Part shown: piece after piece, positions 38,996 to 52,809 of the stretch | Numbering within the stretch: position 1 is the first letter of the stretch | Layout of the letters: every line of letters starts with the position of its first letter | NCBI GenBank assembly: GCA_964188305.1 | Contig: OZ076903.1 | Strand: one strand, 5' to 3' | From: Podarcis bocagei | Taxonomy: Eukaryota | DNA length: 64,000 nucleotides | The notes under the pieces: model-generated | What the model was told of the DNA's origin: nothing | Database searches by the model: none | Seen by the model: only the letters and a program-made list of their open reading frames with translations | Program-made: the position numbers and the translations under genes

Positions 38996-41070
38996 GGCCC
39001 ATGTCAGGAAAGAGCAATGACCTCAAATGTGAGTTCAAGCAAAGTAAAACGGCAATTGATGGAAAATAGAATACAGCTGTACTGTTAAATGTGAACGATT
39101 GAGTTCCATGTCCAAACAGATGAAAAACTATTCTTAAATTCTAAAAGAAAGAGAGAGAGATTACATTAGGTGGACAGCACCTCACCCATACTACATTAGA
39201 TTCCTATTGCCTTCCCAGCATGATACAAGACACTTACATTTATTGGTAAAGCCCTAAATATCTTTGGTCCACCATCATTTCTTTTTCAAAGTGTGACCAA
39301 ATTAAGACCCTGCTAATATTATCCATATGCTATTTGTGGACATGGATATCCACTTTGAGCAACACAGGTACACCAAGGAGCTAAGCAGCTGCCTCTCATT
39401 TCCAGCACAGGTTCATTTCAAACATCGTGAGTAGCCATGCATAGTACTGCACTGTAGGGGTCAGATGGGATTACCATGAGGAATTATAAAATATACATCA
39501 AGCCATCGTGTCCACGATGAAGACATTGTGTTGACTGGGTTTGTTATATTGACGATAATTTCTGATTAAATCCCATAAGATTCTACATTCATGCCCTTTT
39601 CATGCCCTTTTGACTCTACTGCCCATTTCTCTCCCCTCACATGTCACGTACACAGCAGCTCAGCAGTTGCTTCGCTAGGCAGGCATCCTGGGCCATAAAG
39701 ATTGTGGGCAAGCTTATTTGAAGTAGCTGTCTAATGTATATTAATCTTAGGATGTTAATTTTAGGGGCAGGAAACAGATCTCACATGAAGGTGATACTGA
39801 TTGCTATCCTCCTGGCCATCCTCCTTATCATATGTATTGCTTGTTTATTACCTCCGGGGTTGCCAGATGCTCTCCTTTGTAGTCCTGTTCTTTGTTTACC
39901 CCAGAAATATTTGTGCTTAATTAGTTTTAGTAGTTTAACTTTCTCCCCACGTGGGTTTGTGGAAATGCTCAGAAGAAATCTGATTGGTTCTTACGAACAC
40001 TCTGTAAAAAGCTCTTTTGTGAATAAAAACTACCTGGGCGAGGGGGCTGCAGATTCGGACAAGCACAGAGAGACACCCTTCCCAGAGTCTTGCTGGTTCA
40101 AGCCTCTGTGTGTATTCTTATTAATCAGAGTTCAATCCTTCCTTTACTTTGCAAACGCAACACTGCACTGCTAATTAAGCAGCACAATTCTTTACAATGT
40201 AAATTTCAGGGTTTATCTGCTCAGAAACCCCCAGTTGAGTATGTATAAGATTGTATCTGAATAAGTTCTTAATTATGTGACACCCCTAATGTTTAGGTTT
40301 ATATTAATAAGTAAAATGGTATTTTTCTGGCTAGATATTTCCACAGGGCATGTGATTTGGGGTCCCTTAGCAAGGAACACATGGGCTCCAATACAGAAAT
40401 CTGCATAAGCTTGAATATATTATGAACCGCTTAAACACACACATTACCCTATTTATTTCAAATGACATGCATACATATTCAGTTTTGAGGGAAACTCTGG
40501 TTTGCAGCAGAACTCTGCAGGCAACCATCATTCCCGCACCTGTGCAAAATGTTGCAATAAAGTTTTATGTTCTCTGGATATCATATGCTAAATAATTCAC
40601 AAGTACTCAATAAATGTGACCCAGGATGAATTACCTGAGTTACCACTTTAAATGGGTTTATAAATTCAACTGAGTGGTAGGGTTAAGATTTGGTCAGAAT
40701 GTGAGTTCCAGGAGATTAGCTATTCTCAGATTTCAACATATGCTGAAGTTTCATATTTAGTAGTCTTCTGTTTTGTTAAGGTTTCTTTCCTCCCTTCCCA
40801 GTCTCCTAGTAACATTTCTTTCACAACCTTTCAAAGAAAATGATTTCAGGTGCCCCTTGTCTGTAAGGACAATTCCTCTTTGCATTACATGACAGCTCTA
40901 TGGAACATGATGGAGTTCTTAATTACACCAAACTCAGTGGCCTAAACAATCCTATAGCAATAGGTCAGCACCATATTGCCCATTATATTTTGAAAGCATT
41001 GTCTAAAACCAAAAGGTAGGTTTAAAAGTGATCTAATCATAGACTTGGATGTTGCCCCCATGCCCTATCA

Positions 41071-41205
41071 CAGGCATAGGCAAACTCTATCCTCTAGATA
41101 TTTTGGGACTACAACTCCCATCATCCCTGACCACTGGTCCTGTTAGCTAGGGATGATGGGAGTTGTAGTCCCAAAACATCTGGAGGGCCAAGTTTCCTGC
41201 GCCTG
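41071..41205. mobile_element. Palindromic hAT MITE
   Basis: Perfect 8-bp TSD CCCTATCA (41063-41070/41206-41213); internal inverted repeat TTTTGGGACTACAACTCCCATCATCCCT/AGGGATGATGGGAGTTGTAGTCCCAAAA. Confidence 0.92.
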
Positions 41206-43500
41206 CCCTATCATATGTTGTTTCAGAGTCCTTCAGTAGTTTGCGGAGTTGAAGGGGAGTGGGCAGCTAAGAAACTCTACTGTGTGGGCAGAGTTATGCT
41301 TCTCCCTCTTTGCATCCACCTGATTAACATCATGTCGCTCATAGAGTTTTTATCTTTTTATAGCTGTTAATCTACCCTTATATGTGTTTCCATGATGGCA
41401 GAACCATTCGTGAGTTTCGAAAATTGTGTCTCTATCCTAGAAATATCTGCTTAAGTCTTGTTAAATCTCTAAGTGGAGAATCTAAGTGGGTATAGGATTT
41501 CAGCCTTCACTGTAGTTAAAAGTAAAAATAAAATAAAAATGCAAGCCAGTGCATTGTGAAAACACTGGTGGAGAATGACAAGAGACATGCATTTATTTAT
41601 TTTTATCACTTTTTTAAAAGTACTTGAAAGGTCATGCATGTGAAGTGGGCCTGAATGTTTAAGCGCTGTCTGTCTATTAAAGGATCAATTCCAGCATGCC
41701 CTCTAAGAGTGCAGGGTGTTTACTGAAGCCTTTGCTTGGGAACAAAGGAATCTGCCTTATACAGAGTTAGACACCTGACTCTACTTGTATTTCTTTAATT
41801 GTTGGGCCCAGCACAGGGTGGGAAAGTGCCTGGTCAGGCAAAGGGCCTCTCTTTCCCCCCTGAGCTCCACCCTGGCACAGCATCTCTCTGAGATGCTGAA
41901 ATTGGGTTTTTGGTGGGGGAAGGAGACTGGCCTGGTGCTTCTCCACTCTGCGCCATGCCCAGCTTTTTAAAAAATGAAAGAAGAGGGACCAGATGCGTGA
42001 GTCCTGACTGTCCCTGCCACTTATTCCCATTGCCACCTGGTAAGCTCATGAAGGGCAGCAGGATCAAGCAGCAAGTAGGGTTGCAAGACTCCTCAGGGTT
42101 GACCTGAAGTCTCCAGGTTCACCTGTGATTCCCCCCTCTCCTGGGGACGGGACTTGAATCTCCAGGTGGGCAACAGTACCTTTCCTAACCAGGTTCCCTA
42201 ACCACATGGGAATGAATGATCAGTTCACTGGGAGCACTTCTTTAGCTAAGGGTTCCATCTTAATTGCCAACCAATGACTTATTTGCTGACTTTTTTTCTG
42301 ACCGGCATGCTCCCAGTGACTGTGATTAGTGCTTAATGTGTCATGCTTAACATCATCACTGGGCGCCCGCCGACATGACATCAACAGGATGCTGTCCCAG
42401 ACCAGCTCTCAGGTTTGGGCTCTGTAGTCTCAGGGTCTGGAAAGCTGCTGACCTGGAAATGCTAGCAGCAAGGGAACTCATCCAGCCCAGACCCTGCAGA
42501 AGCTATTCTTTCCTTCTCCACAAAATGCTCAGTGCCACATCACAAAAGGATACAATGCAGTGATTTGACCCCAGAGGCACGGGGGTGGGCGGATGGCTGC
42601 AGCTGCTGCAGTGTTTTTCTATTCAGAACCAATTCCCTTTTTTGGGGAGGGGTATATTAGCTCAACTATGCTGCATCTGGCTCTGTTTTTATAAACACTC
42701 CACACATACATACAGATTTTGTGATATCTTAAGTAAAATGTTTTGCTATGTTTGATCCTAAATTTCCTCCAAATTATGCAAATATGTTCATTAATTTATA
42801 GCTGACTTAAATTTAGTTTATGTGGCAAATTATAAGCATCCAGCTATAGTGCCTTGGACAACAAATTACAGTTGTGAAAATGTTACTCGAATTAGCATCG
42901 CTCAGCATATCTGTCAATCCTAACCAAAAGGCACAAGGGCTGAGTAACCAAGGGCAATGAATTCTTTCACATAACTACCGCTCAAAAATGTGCAAAAACT
43001 TTAAGAAACATGCACACACTGTTGGTTTACTCTTATATATATCATCCCTTTTTTAAATAAAAAACACACATGCTAAACAGACATCTCACAGGATCTCTTT
43101 TAAGTTCTCCGTTGCCTCCCAGAACAGGTTTTCTGACAATTTTAGACCTTCCCGATTGGAGATTTACTGTCATATAGGTAACACACGAGTTATGCGAAAA
43201 TAAATCACACATCAGCCTTCCTGACTTCCACTAACATATTTGACAGAAAGATTTCGGCAGATAAAGAACAAATGATCTAGAATATTGAAGGCACCCTCTG
43301 TGGAAAAGTAGGTAATTTGGAGGAAGCAACCAAGCCTACGGTTTGCTGTATGTCACATTTGGAAGAGTATCCAGTCATATGGGCAATCTCAAGCGAGAGA
43401 GAGCAGCCCAACAATCTCTACTTAAAAGCAAAAAAAAAGAGGACCAGTGTTCTAAAATGAGCACTCACACTTCACACTTTGGGTGCACTTTGCTGGATCG

Positions 43501-44288
43501 TGCGCGGTGCTTATGACCACAGGGAACTTACCCATTTGTATGGGCTGGCCTGTCTCTCACTGTTATTCTTTGGGGGTTCATGCCCTGCCCCAGTAGTCAA
43601 GTTTCGCTGCTGGGAGGTGGGGCAAGTTGCATAAATAGGAGGCGGAGCCAACAGCAGACAGGCAATCAGCTCAGGAGCTTCACCCACCCAACCCTCCCTT
43701 TGTTTAATGTTTCTTGTTTGCAGGTTAACTTTTTCTTCTTGTTTAGCGGGCGCTGCTACAGTCTTTGGACTGGTTGCTGTTGAAGAGCTGGGAAGAAATT
43801 TCCCTGCATTGTCAGGTTTTGTCTTCCCCGTAGCAATTCATCACAACTTTGGCAGTTTAAGGCCTTGGGCAGAATCCTTTAGTCTTTTCATCCCTAAAAT
43901 GGGGGGGGGCGGGGCGGTGAAGTGGTGACTCATGTCCTCCCACTGCGGCGGCGATTCCAGGTTCCCCTCTTAAAGGGGTTGTCACCCATTTGGGTGTGAC
44001 TGGCCATACACTCAAAGGTTGTCAGTGAACTACCCTGCGTGCGGGGATATGGGGTGGGCTGCCTGCTACACTTACGTCTCGCAGAGCACCCCCATACCCC
44101 ATTTTACCCTGAGGAGCCCCAGTTCCCCCAGGTGGGGGGCTGGGAGGGATACACACCCAATGTCTAAGCCAAGGTCTTCCTACATTGGAGAGTTTAATAA
44201 AGTGGCCAAATTTTAATTCCGTAACACGTTGTCATGAGTCATTATTCCTTTCTGGTGGTCCCTGGAGCGGTCGCCGCCTGGTCACGCA
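43501..44288 (+). mobile_element. LTR-like structured terminal repeat, copy B (divergent subfamily)
   Basis: TGCG..CGCA ends; CATAAATAGG TATA-like at 43630; CACCCACCC; TAGCAATTCATCACAACTTT; CCAATGTCTAAGCCAA; AATAAA 44196-44201. Confidence 0.7.
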
Positions 44289-45562
44289 ATATATACAGCC
44301 ATGTAAGTTGTAGTGCCAGAATTCCTAAGGTACTGGCACACACCTGAGGTCTTTCATGAGTGGATGAATGCTGTGAATTAAAAAATAAAGATACAACTTA
44401 CGGGTGCAAACTCACTCTAAAGCAGATATGGACTCTTTGTCTGCATGAGCAGATGCAAATGAATATTGTGAATGTTACCACTACTTAAGATGGCTGTCTA
44501 TCCCTTTCTGAAATGGTCATCTCATATCCATCCAGTAGCTTTCTGAGTAGACATGGGAAGGGGTAAAATTGTGATACGGAAGAAATCAGTGGGTGCAAGT
44601 GTGTGGTACAAGGTAAACTGCTACACACACAGTGACCTAGCACACAGCCATTGGATATAAAGCAAACATTACATGGCTACTTCTATGACTGAATTGGGTT
44701 TGACATCCACTGTGAGAAGAACCTGGAATCTTGCTTACTTAAATTCAGATTGTTTCAGGGACTTGTACTCTTGCAATTTGTGTTCCCGACTTCGTATATC
44801 TAGAGAGTTGCATGTGGGTGACTAAGTGTGGTGCATAAATGTATCCACAATTTCTCTCTAGACTCTCTAATTAAAGGAGAGGGGGAATACAGTGTATTAA
44901 AATGCATATGGAGCAAAACAAACAAATGATTGAATTAATTGTGTTTAAAAGTGATCAAGATGCTGAAACAATTTTTTTTATTCTTTCCTCCACCCCCCAA
45001 TTTAAGTTTCAATTATGGAGGAAGGACAGGCCTACCTCTATTTACCATGCTGTTTTGTTTTAATTACTATTTTCCCCACCCCTTTTTTAAAATGCCTATG
45101 ATGAATCACAGTCCCCTGTTTTCACTCCAGGTGACTGCCAGACCTGTGTCTTCCAAAGGTGTGCTGGACCCAAGACAATTAAGGCTTTAAAAAGTTATCA
45201 TCGGCGCTTGAATTGTACCTGGAAACAAATTGGTGGAAACAAAACCCAGCATCCCTGTCCATACTGGTTGGTGCTGGAGTTGGGAGTCCAACAACATATG
45301 GAGGGTCACAGGTTCCTAGCCTGAAGATTGGTTCTCTACCCCCTTAGCATGTGGGATTCAAAGCCTAGAATACTGATGTCAAAAATGCTGCACAGAATTG
45401 TGTGTGTGTGTTAAAATGGTGATGATGTAAACTGATTTGTGGCTACACTAATTCTAATGCAGAAAACATTTACCACCACTTTCAGGGCAGATCAGAGCAA
45501 TGCACTCTGTTTGGAACTTTCCTTGAAATTTGAAATTTGTTTGAATATCATAGTTGGTATAG

Positions 45563-45763
45563 TAGTAGATAGGTAGCCGTGTTGGTCTGCCATAGTCAAA
45601 ATAAAAAAATTCCTTCCAGTAGCACCTTAAAGACCAACTAAGTTAGTTCTTGGTATGAGCTTTCGTGTGCATCTGAAGAAGTGTGCATGCACACGAAAGC
45701 TCATACCAAGAACTAACTTAGTTGGTCTTTAAGGTGCTACTGGAAGGAATTTTTTTATTTTGA
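45563..45763. mobile_element. Young Penelope-like fold-back insertion with hammerhead-like core
   Basis: Perfect 77-bp inverted repeat (45596-45672/45687-45763); 12-bp TSD TAGTTGGTATAG (45551-45562/45764-45775); CTGAAGA...CGAAA. Confidence 0.85.
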
Positions 45764-48116
45764 TAGTTGGTATAGAATGCCAGTTTGCTGGGTATGTTGA
45801 CAACAGGGGGATTATATCAGCCAAATGCGGTGGGTTTTTTTGTCCTGGAAGCCAGCACTGCAGCACATTAAATGCAAGGTCTTACTTCTGAAGTATTAAA
45901 CTCTGCACAGACAGGACCCTGATCAATGACAGATTGGATTATGTCCCAGCTCCCCTTACACAGGCAGTGCTTTGCTGGATAGATGCCCTCTCAGTGTACA
46001 GACATCAATTCATGACAGCTAGAGTGTGTGCTTTCTCAGTAGATGGATCTTACTTTTAGAATTATTTCTCATTTAAAGTTCATCTAAGGCAGAGCTGAAC
46101 CACACTGTGGGCATTTTTTATGTATCAGTGCATGTAATATTTTCAGTGGGTCTTTTTGGTTTGATGCTTGAACTGTTAAGATACACTCTATATTATTTAT
46201 TGTTGGCAGCTACGTAGAATAGTTTCAGAAAATTGTTTTCCTAATACTTTTGAACTGACAGTCTAAATGGGAGCCGGTGCATAGTTAAGAAGTCTGACAA
46301 ATTTGCCATACTTCCTTGTACTATGAAATGGTGGCTATACTTTCTAGATATGGCATTATCTAAAGTCACCCAGTGAGCTTTTGGCTGATGGGGATTTGAA
46401 CTAGGACTTCCAGCTTAAAGCTGACATACTTCATGACAATGCTAGGGGCCAGCCAAATTAGATGGAACACTTAAAGGCTCTCAGCTGAGCAGAACTTAAC
46501 CATCTTCCTGAACTTGGCCTGGTAAGAAACCAGCAGCCACTGTAGATCTTTGAGTAGATGTATAATATGCTGATAGGATCTCGCGATAATTTTGCACTAA
46601 CTGGATTCTCCAGACTAACCACAAGGAAAGCCCCTCATAGAGTGCATTGTAGTAATCTAATTTACCCAGTCCTGGACTACTGTTTTCAAGCTATCCTGGT
46701 CCATGACCTGTCACAGCTGTTGCAGCTGGTAAAATGCACTCCTAGGTACCAAGGCCACCTTGGCTTTCAGTGAGAAAATGGGACCAGTCTCTCATAAAAT
46801 AAAATGTTAACCATGCTGCATATCCAACCAGTCAAATCTCCTCTGCTAGATTTAATAAGCCAAGGAGGACAGGAATCAATAGGTCAAATGGTCAGAGGCA
46901 GAGCTGCAAGCACCTTGTCAAAGTATTCAGGAAACATAAATGGAAAGTGATTGCACAAATGCAGCCACATGATGTGGCACTGGACACTTCAACAATTGTG
47001 AAGTCAAGGCCTCTCTGAAGTTAAGTGACTCACCCTCAGAACGTGAAGCTTGTTGGTTAAAGTGGTTCTCTGAGAGCTTCAGGGGTTGTTCCCCCACAAT
47101 GAGAGTCAGCAATCTCTACACTGCCAGAAAGAGCTCAACCACCCAGCTGCCTGAGGGTGCAGTAAAGGCTAGAAAGTGCACTTCTTCACTACCCGCACTA
47201 ACACATAAGAGAGGCATGCACTATCTGTGCTCTAGTTGTCATTTGGCTTGCTTTGCAACTGCTCAGAATGCCAGGGGGCCGGTCAGGCTTCATAATACCA
47301 GAAATGACACTGGCGAGTGATCATGTCAAGCACCTGTCTCATCTCATCAGTCCCTGCGATGCTGTGGACTTCCAACAGGATTGCCAGGACTTTACAGGAT
47401 CACTAGCTTTATTCAAATGATTTGTCTTCATACTGAGAGCAGAGGGGCCAGCTCCTGGGGGCCAAGCCCTTTTGGGCCCCTGGATATTTTTGGGGTGGGT
47501 AATGGTTCTCCCCCCCCCCATGTCAGAGTGCAGAGGTGGAGTGCAGTGGCACAGCTCCAGTGGCCTGCTCCTCCTCCTGCCATGGAGAGGAAGGATGGTC
47601 AAAACAGCCTCCCACCAGTAACGGCGCCAGGAGGAGGAGGAGGAGCCACTGACCATTGAAGCCACATGGCCACCATGTTTGGCTCCGCTTCCAGCTTCTC
47701 CCAACGTCCTGGCATGTTGGGGGACAACGCAATGTTGTGCCCACCCACCCCCATTGCCCTTGAAAGCTGGCACTTCTGACCGAGATGTAAATTAGTTGAG
47801 TCACACATGTTGCTCATAAAATGGCTATTATGTTATACTGGATGGCAACACATCTTTTTCTTCAGATCGCCTGGTGTTACAGTGCAGAAATGAGCCAACA
47901 TGCTGGCCACAGAAGTCATGGACTGCTCAATTTTGCATCTCCTGCCCCCAACCAGAAACTGTCTTAATCATATTCCATAACCTGTACACATAAGTTTCCT
48001 TTTCTTTATTATTCATTTTTATTATTATTATTCAAATGTAACATGTATTTGATCAAATGAACTCACCAGGTGCAAGGAGAGGGGGGGGGGACAGCAGAAG
48101 CAAGAAGAAACTACAT

Positions 48117-48161
48117 TTATTTGTTTGTTTGTTTGTTTGTTTGTTTGTTTGTTTGTTTGTT
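48117..48161. repeat. (TTTG)n microsatellite
   Basis: Read directly from the sequence. Confidence 0.9.
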
Positions 48162-48529
48162 TAGCCAGCTAGCTAGCCAGCCAGCTAGCTGCATACACTA
48201 TCATCATTGTCAGGCTTCTAGGGTATTATCAATATCACACCATGTCAATTAGTTCCTGTGAAGTACTGATGGAAACCTAACAACATTAGCAGCATACTCT
48301 ACTCATGTTGCAAGATAGGATGCTGTCAGGCATAAATTAGGGAACACTGATACAGATTTTCGAAAGAACTCTCAGACAGCTTGTTTGACTTCTGTCTGGG
48401 GAAGGATGTGAAGAGATGGGGATGAAGGGGAAAACGTACTATTTTGGGCTGATTTCAAAACTATCTTAATTATTAATCCATTACGTTCATGCGCCTTTGC
48501 ACACAAGCTCCAAATACACAACATAAGCA

Positions 48530-48790
48530 TCCAAAGCTTGTTTTCTTCTGCTCCAGGAAAGAAAGGAGCTTCTGACTAAACTCCAGGAAGAACTTTCTGA
48601 TAGTAAGATCTGTTCAACAGTAAAATGAACTGCCTCGGAAGGTGGTGGACGCTCTTTCATCGCAGGTTTTTAAGCAGAAGTTGGGTGGCCATCTGTCATG
48701 GATGCTGTAGTTGAGATTCCTGCATTGGAGGGGGTTGGACTACATGACCCTCAGGGTTCATTCCAGCTCTACAACTCTATGATCTGATGA
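48530..48790 (+). mobile_element. CR1 LINE 3' end
   Basis: AGGAAGAACTTTCTGA...GGGGGTTGGACTACATGACCC...degraded ATTCTATG tail. Confidence 0.8.
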
Positions 48791-50799
48791 CTGTATGAAA
48801 CACATAATAGGAGGGGGAAAATGTGGAAGTCTTTATTTAGGTTGAATCATGGAAAAGACTATTCCATCATAATCAAAGGAAGACAAAATAATCATTTTGA
48901 GGTCTGTGTACTATTGTGTATTTGCTGCGGTGGCGAACAATACTATTTCCCTAAAATCACCAGGCGCTAATGTTGTTTATAACACTGTAAGAGGTTACCA
49001 ACTGTGGTAAGTGAACTTGGAGACCTATCCATAATATTCTGAACATGAAAGCACTTTAAATTCAATTTAATTCTAAGAGAAACTTGAGTGGTAAACCTGG
49101 GGCTGTTTCTTTTCTATTGCTTTGTGCTATGCATAGTCTTTGACATGAGTGTCAGCTGAGAGTGTTCTCAGCACTAATGAATCTCTGAAGAAACATTGGC
49201 TACCTGTTTCTCTTTGGGGTACATAACCAGGCAGGTACAAGGCGTTGGAAAATCAGGGACCACAAACCATTATTATCTCTTTAAAAGGATCCTTTCTGAT
49301 GATTCAAAACTGTACCAACATAGAATGCAGTGACCCAGTTAAAAAATAATAACTGCAAACGCTTAACAAAAGAATGAATTACAGAAGCCTTTCACAGCAG
49401 AAGTGCATTGACATCAAATAGATTGAAAACATATCTTCCTGCTGCGAGAAATAATGTGTGTCCAGTCTATTTTTTTATTAAAAAAAACTATTGCATACTA
49501 AGTAGTGTCCCTAATTAAACCAAATCATGAATTGGTTTAGGATCCACTTTTTGATTAAATGGCTCCTACACATGTTGAACACCTGTTCTATGGAAATAAC
49601 ATGAATAATTAATGAAATCTAATTAAGGCGTTCCAAGAAATGCCCTCTTCAGAGTAAAAAGGCAGAGTCTGTAATCTTTCTCACTGATTTGCACTGGATT
49701 AAATAAGAAGGAAATGCTCAGAATACGTATTATTGGTAATTTTCTCTTCCTAAGTGACATAGCCATAGCCCCTTTATAGGGACCGCAAACTAATTGCCAC
49801 AATTTGTGCACTGCAAAATAGCAGAATGACTCACTTCATCAACTCCTTGACTGCCCTGCATGGATTTTCTGGAAAACATGAATATGTCCTGCTTGGAATG
49901 ATTTATTGGTTATCAATGACGAATCAGTTGTTCCAAGGAGCACTTATCCTCCAAGCTCAGTAAGTCTCCCCTCTGCTCTCCAGACCTTCCTTTCTTCAGT
50001 CATGCACTGCAGTCATAATGAAGTCGTTCATCCTCTTGACAACAAGGTATACTTTAACCCTTGAATTGAAATGACATCCTTACCATCTTTGCATTACAGA
50101 TAGAGAACATCTGCAGAAAGCAGGCTTAATCCTTTCAAATACAAAGCACAGCAAATACACCTCTATAAAACATATAATAATGGTAGCATATAAAAGTAGA
50201 GTGCTTGTTTCTGCATTGGGGATGGATGAATTATCCACTTGCTGTGAATTATCCAAAAGTAATCTAGTACTGAATAATTATATATCTAGTGGTATGCCCT
50301 ACTTTGAATGCTCACAGGCAGTGTGAGTTATTTTGAAGGAAGTGCAGGGATAAATACTAAGATCAGTATCCCTTTCTTATAATTAATGGCTATATAATAA
50401 AGAGAAAGGCAATCTGTACCAAGCAGGGGGCGGCGGGAGAAAAGAAACTAAGCAGATATAGAAGGAGCTGAATAGTTTCTTTCTGCAATACAGAAATTTC
50501 CAGTCTGAAATTCAATAAGAAATATGTAATATGGGGTGGAGGCAAAATCACCAACTTAGTGGAAGTCTGACTTATTTATTTCAAGGCCTGTTCACTGGAA
50601 TGCCCTAGATAGGCATGTACTTTAACATGGTTTCATATATGTATTTCTAAATACTGATGATGATAAATTCAAATGGCTTACTTAGATTACCTTTCAGTGG
50701 CCAGGATAAGCCTTTTTCAGATTCTCCATTACAGTGAATAGGAAAACCCAGAGCTTTGTTTTACAAGCGCCACTCAGAACTGGGAAACAAGGATCAAAG

Positions 50800-51050
50800 T
50801 GGAGAAAGCACAGAGCAACTTCCCAACGATGGCATTACTGTGGTGGTAAAGGTAATTTTTTACACATGTGGTGGGAATGCAATGTGATCAAACCATTATG
50901 GTTTGGGGTATCTAATGTAACAGATCTCACTTCCCAGCAGTGCTATTACTTCCTGAAAGCCCAATCAACCCATCAGTACACCATAAATACCATAAGTATT
51001 TGTTTTCCTTGCTCCTGATGGCAACTTGCCTGGAGGGCGCTCAAAGCTGG
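50800..51050 (+). mobile_element. Ancient L1 ORF2 zinc-knuckle relic
   Basis: WHYCGGKGNFLHMWWECNVIKPLW matches the L1 'CW.C...G...HMWW.C..I..FW' motif. Confidence 0.65.
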
Positions 51051-51061
51051 AAAACCCCTGG

Positions 51062-51269
51062 CAGGGGTGCCCAAACTTTTTTCAAAGAGGGCCAGATTTG
51101 ATGAAGTGTACATGCATGAGGGCCGACCAAAGTTGTTGAGCTTTTCTTGGGATTGAAGTTATTGAGCTTTTATAAAGATTTTACCCCAGGACATATACTG
51201 CTACAGGGGCCAGAGTAAATCGGCCAGCGGGCCGGATTAGGCCCCTGAAATGGACTTTGGATGCCCCAG
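51062..51269. mobile_element. hAT MITE
   Basis: CAGGGGTGCCCAAAC...CTTTGGATGCCCCAG ends; GGGCC subterminal repeats; TSD not preserved. Confidence 0.7.
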
Positions 51270-51349
51270 AGCATCCCTATGAGAAATACTTGCAGTCAAA
51301 ACATGGCGACTTTGATCAAATTTGGTTTCCCTTTGTACGTTTTGTAAGC

Positions 51350-51685
51350 GGGTGGTGCTGTGGGTTAAACCACAGAGCCTAGGTTTAACTTTTAGAAGGT
51401 AGGCGGTTCGAATCCCTGCAACGGGGTGAGCTCCCATTGCTCGGTGCCTGCTCCTGCCAACCTAGCAGTTCGAAAGCACGTCAACGTGCAAGTAGATAAA
51501 CAGGTACAGCTCCGGTGGAAAGGTAAACGGCATTTCCATGTGCTGCTCTGGTTCGCCAGAAGTGGCTGGCCACATGACCCAGAAGCTGTATGCTGGCTCT
51601 CTCGGCCAGTAAAGCGAGATGAGCACCACAACCCCAAAGTCGTCCACAACTAGACCTAATGGTCAGGGGTCCCTTTACCTTTACC
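51350..51685 (+). mobile_element. Sauria SINE, near full length
   Basis: A/B boxes (GGTGGTGCTGTGG, GGTTCGAATCC); (ACCTTT)n tail; 8-bp TSD TTGTAAGC (51342-51349/51686-51693). Confidence 0.92.
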
Positions 51686-52662
51686 TTGTAAGCTTTATTA
51701 ATAGATTGAATGCAACTTATGCTGCCCTGGCAGCTTACACCACCCAATGGAGTGGCTATGTCATATCTCCCTGAAAAGTACTTTTTTTTTCTTTACCGTA
51801 TAATGTATTGTTTCCCTTTACAGTCATCGCTTTATTTTCAGTCATGTGCCCTGTGTTGCCAGCTACATGTTGTGCTGCTTTTGTTAATATTTCTTTTAAA
51901 AGAGCATCTTATCAATTCGCTCTCTGTTACTCTCTCACATGGAAAGAGAGAGCGAGAGCAGGAAGAGAAAGCAGACAGACAGAAATAGACACACACTAAC
52001 AAAGAGAGAAAGAAAGCAGAAGTAATAGATAAGACAGAAAGACATGCGAAGAGGACAAGTGGGTCCTAGAAGGACTCTTTCAAATGCAGGCAAGAGGGAA
52101 CAAAGAGGGGTGAAAGACGCAGTGCATGACAATAAAACATTTCCCATTACATAGCTGTTGCTGTCATGAATAGTCATTGACTCTTCCTCCTCATTATCAT
52201 TTTTGGAAACAAAAGAGGGCTGGTCATAATAGTAGATGTTAGACGTTTTTTATCAAATTATATGCCACTGTAATGTGAGCTTTTCTTTCAGGCCTAATCT
52301 ATACCACATAAGGCTGTTGTGAACATAAAATCAAGTACATATCCCTAATTGCACCCTAATTTCTTAAGATATTCAGAAAAAATAACTAAGGCAGAAATCC
52401 TAAATGCACTAACTAGGGAGTAAGCAGAGCACTAATACATCACCCACAAAATAGAGAGAGGAAAAATGCTTCACCCAAAAAGAGGATACTGATGTGCATA
52501 AAATTTGCATATGATGAATTATACGTATAGGCACAAGTTTCTGGGGGGGGGGGTTATGCTGTGATTTAAATAGAAATGCAACACATCTCATCAGAGTGTA
52601 GATGACATGATCAGGTGATCTGTGTGTCTGCTCAGTACACTGCAAAAACAGCCAGGCAGAAC

Positions 52663-52809
52663 CAGTGGCGTAGCGTGGGGGGTGCAAGGGGGGCCGGCTG
52701 CACTGGGCGCAACATCTGGGGGTTAGGGTTAGGGGACGCAAATCCACGGGTTAGGGGGCGCAAATTACTTGCCTTGCCCCGGGTGCTGACAACCCACGCT
52801 ACGCCACTG
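52663..52809. mobile_element. hAT MITE containing TTAGGG units
   Basis: TIRs CAGTGGCGTAGCGTGGG...CCCACGCTACGCCACTG; perfect 8-bp TSD GGCAGAAC (52655-52662/52810-52817). Confidence 0.92.

Noticed and set aside
39734-40174. 146-aa ORF with a hydrophobic N-terminus
   Set aside because: No homology recognised; low-complexity T-rich codons; overlaps a probable decayed LTR-like sequence whose boundaries I could not define
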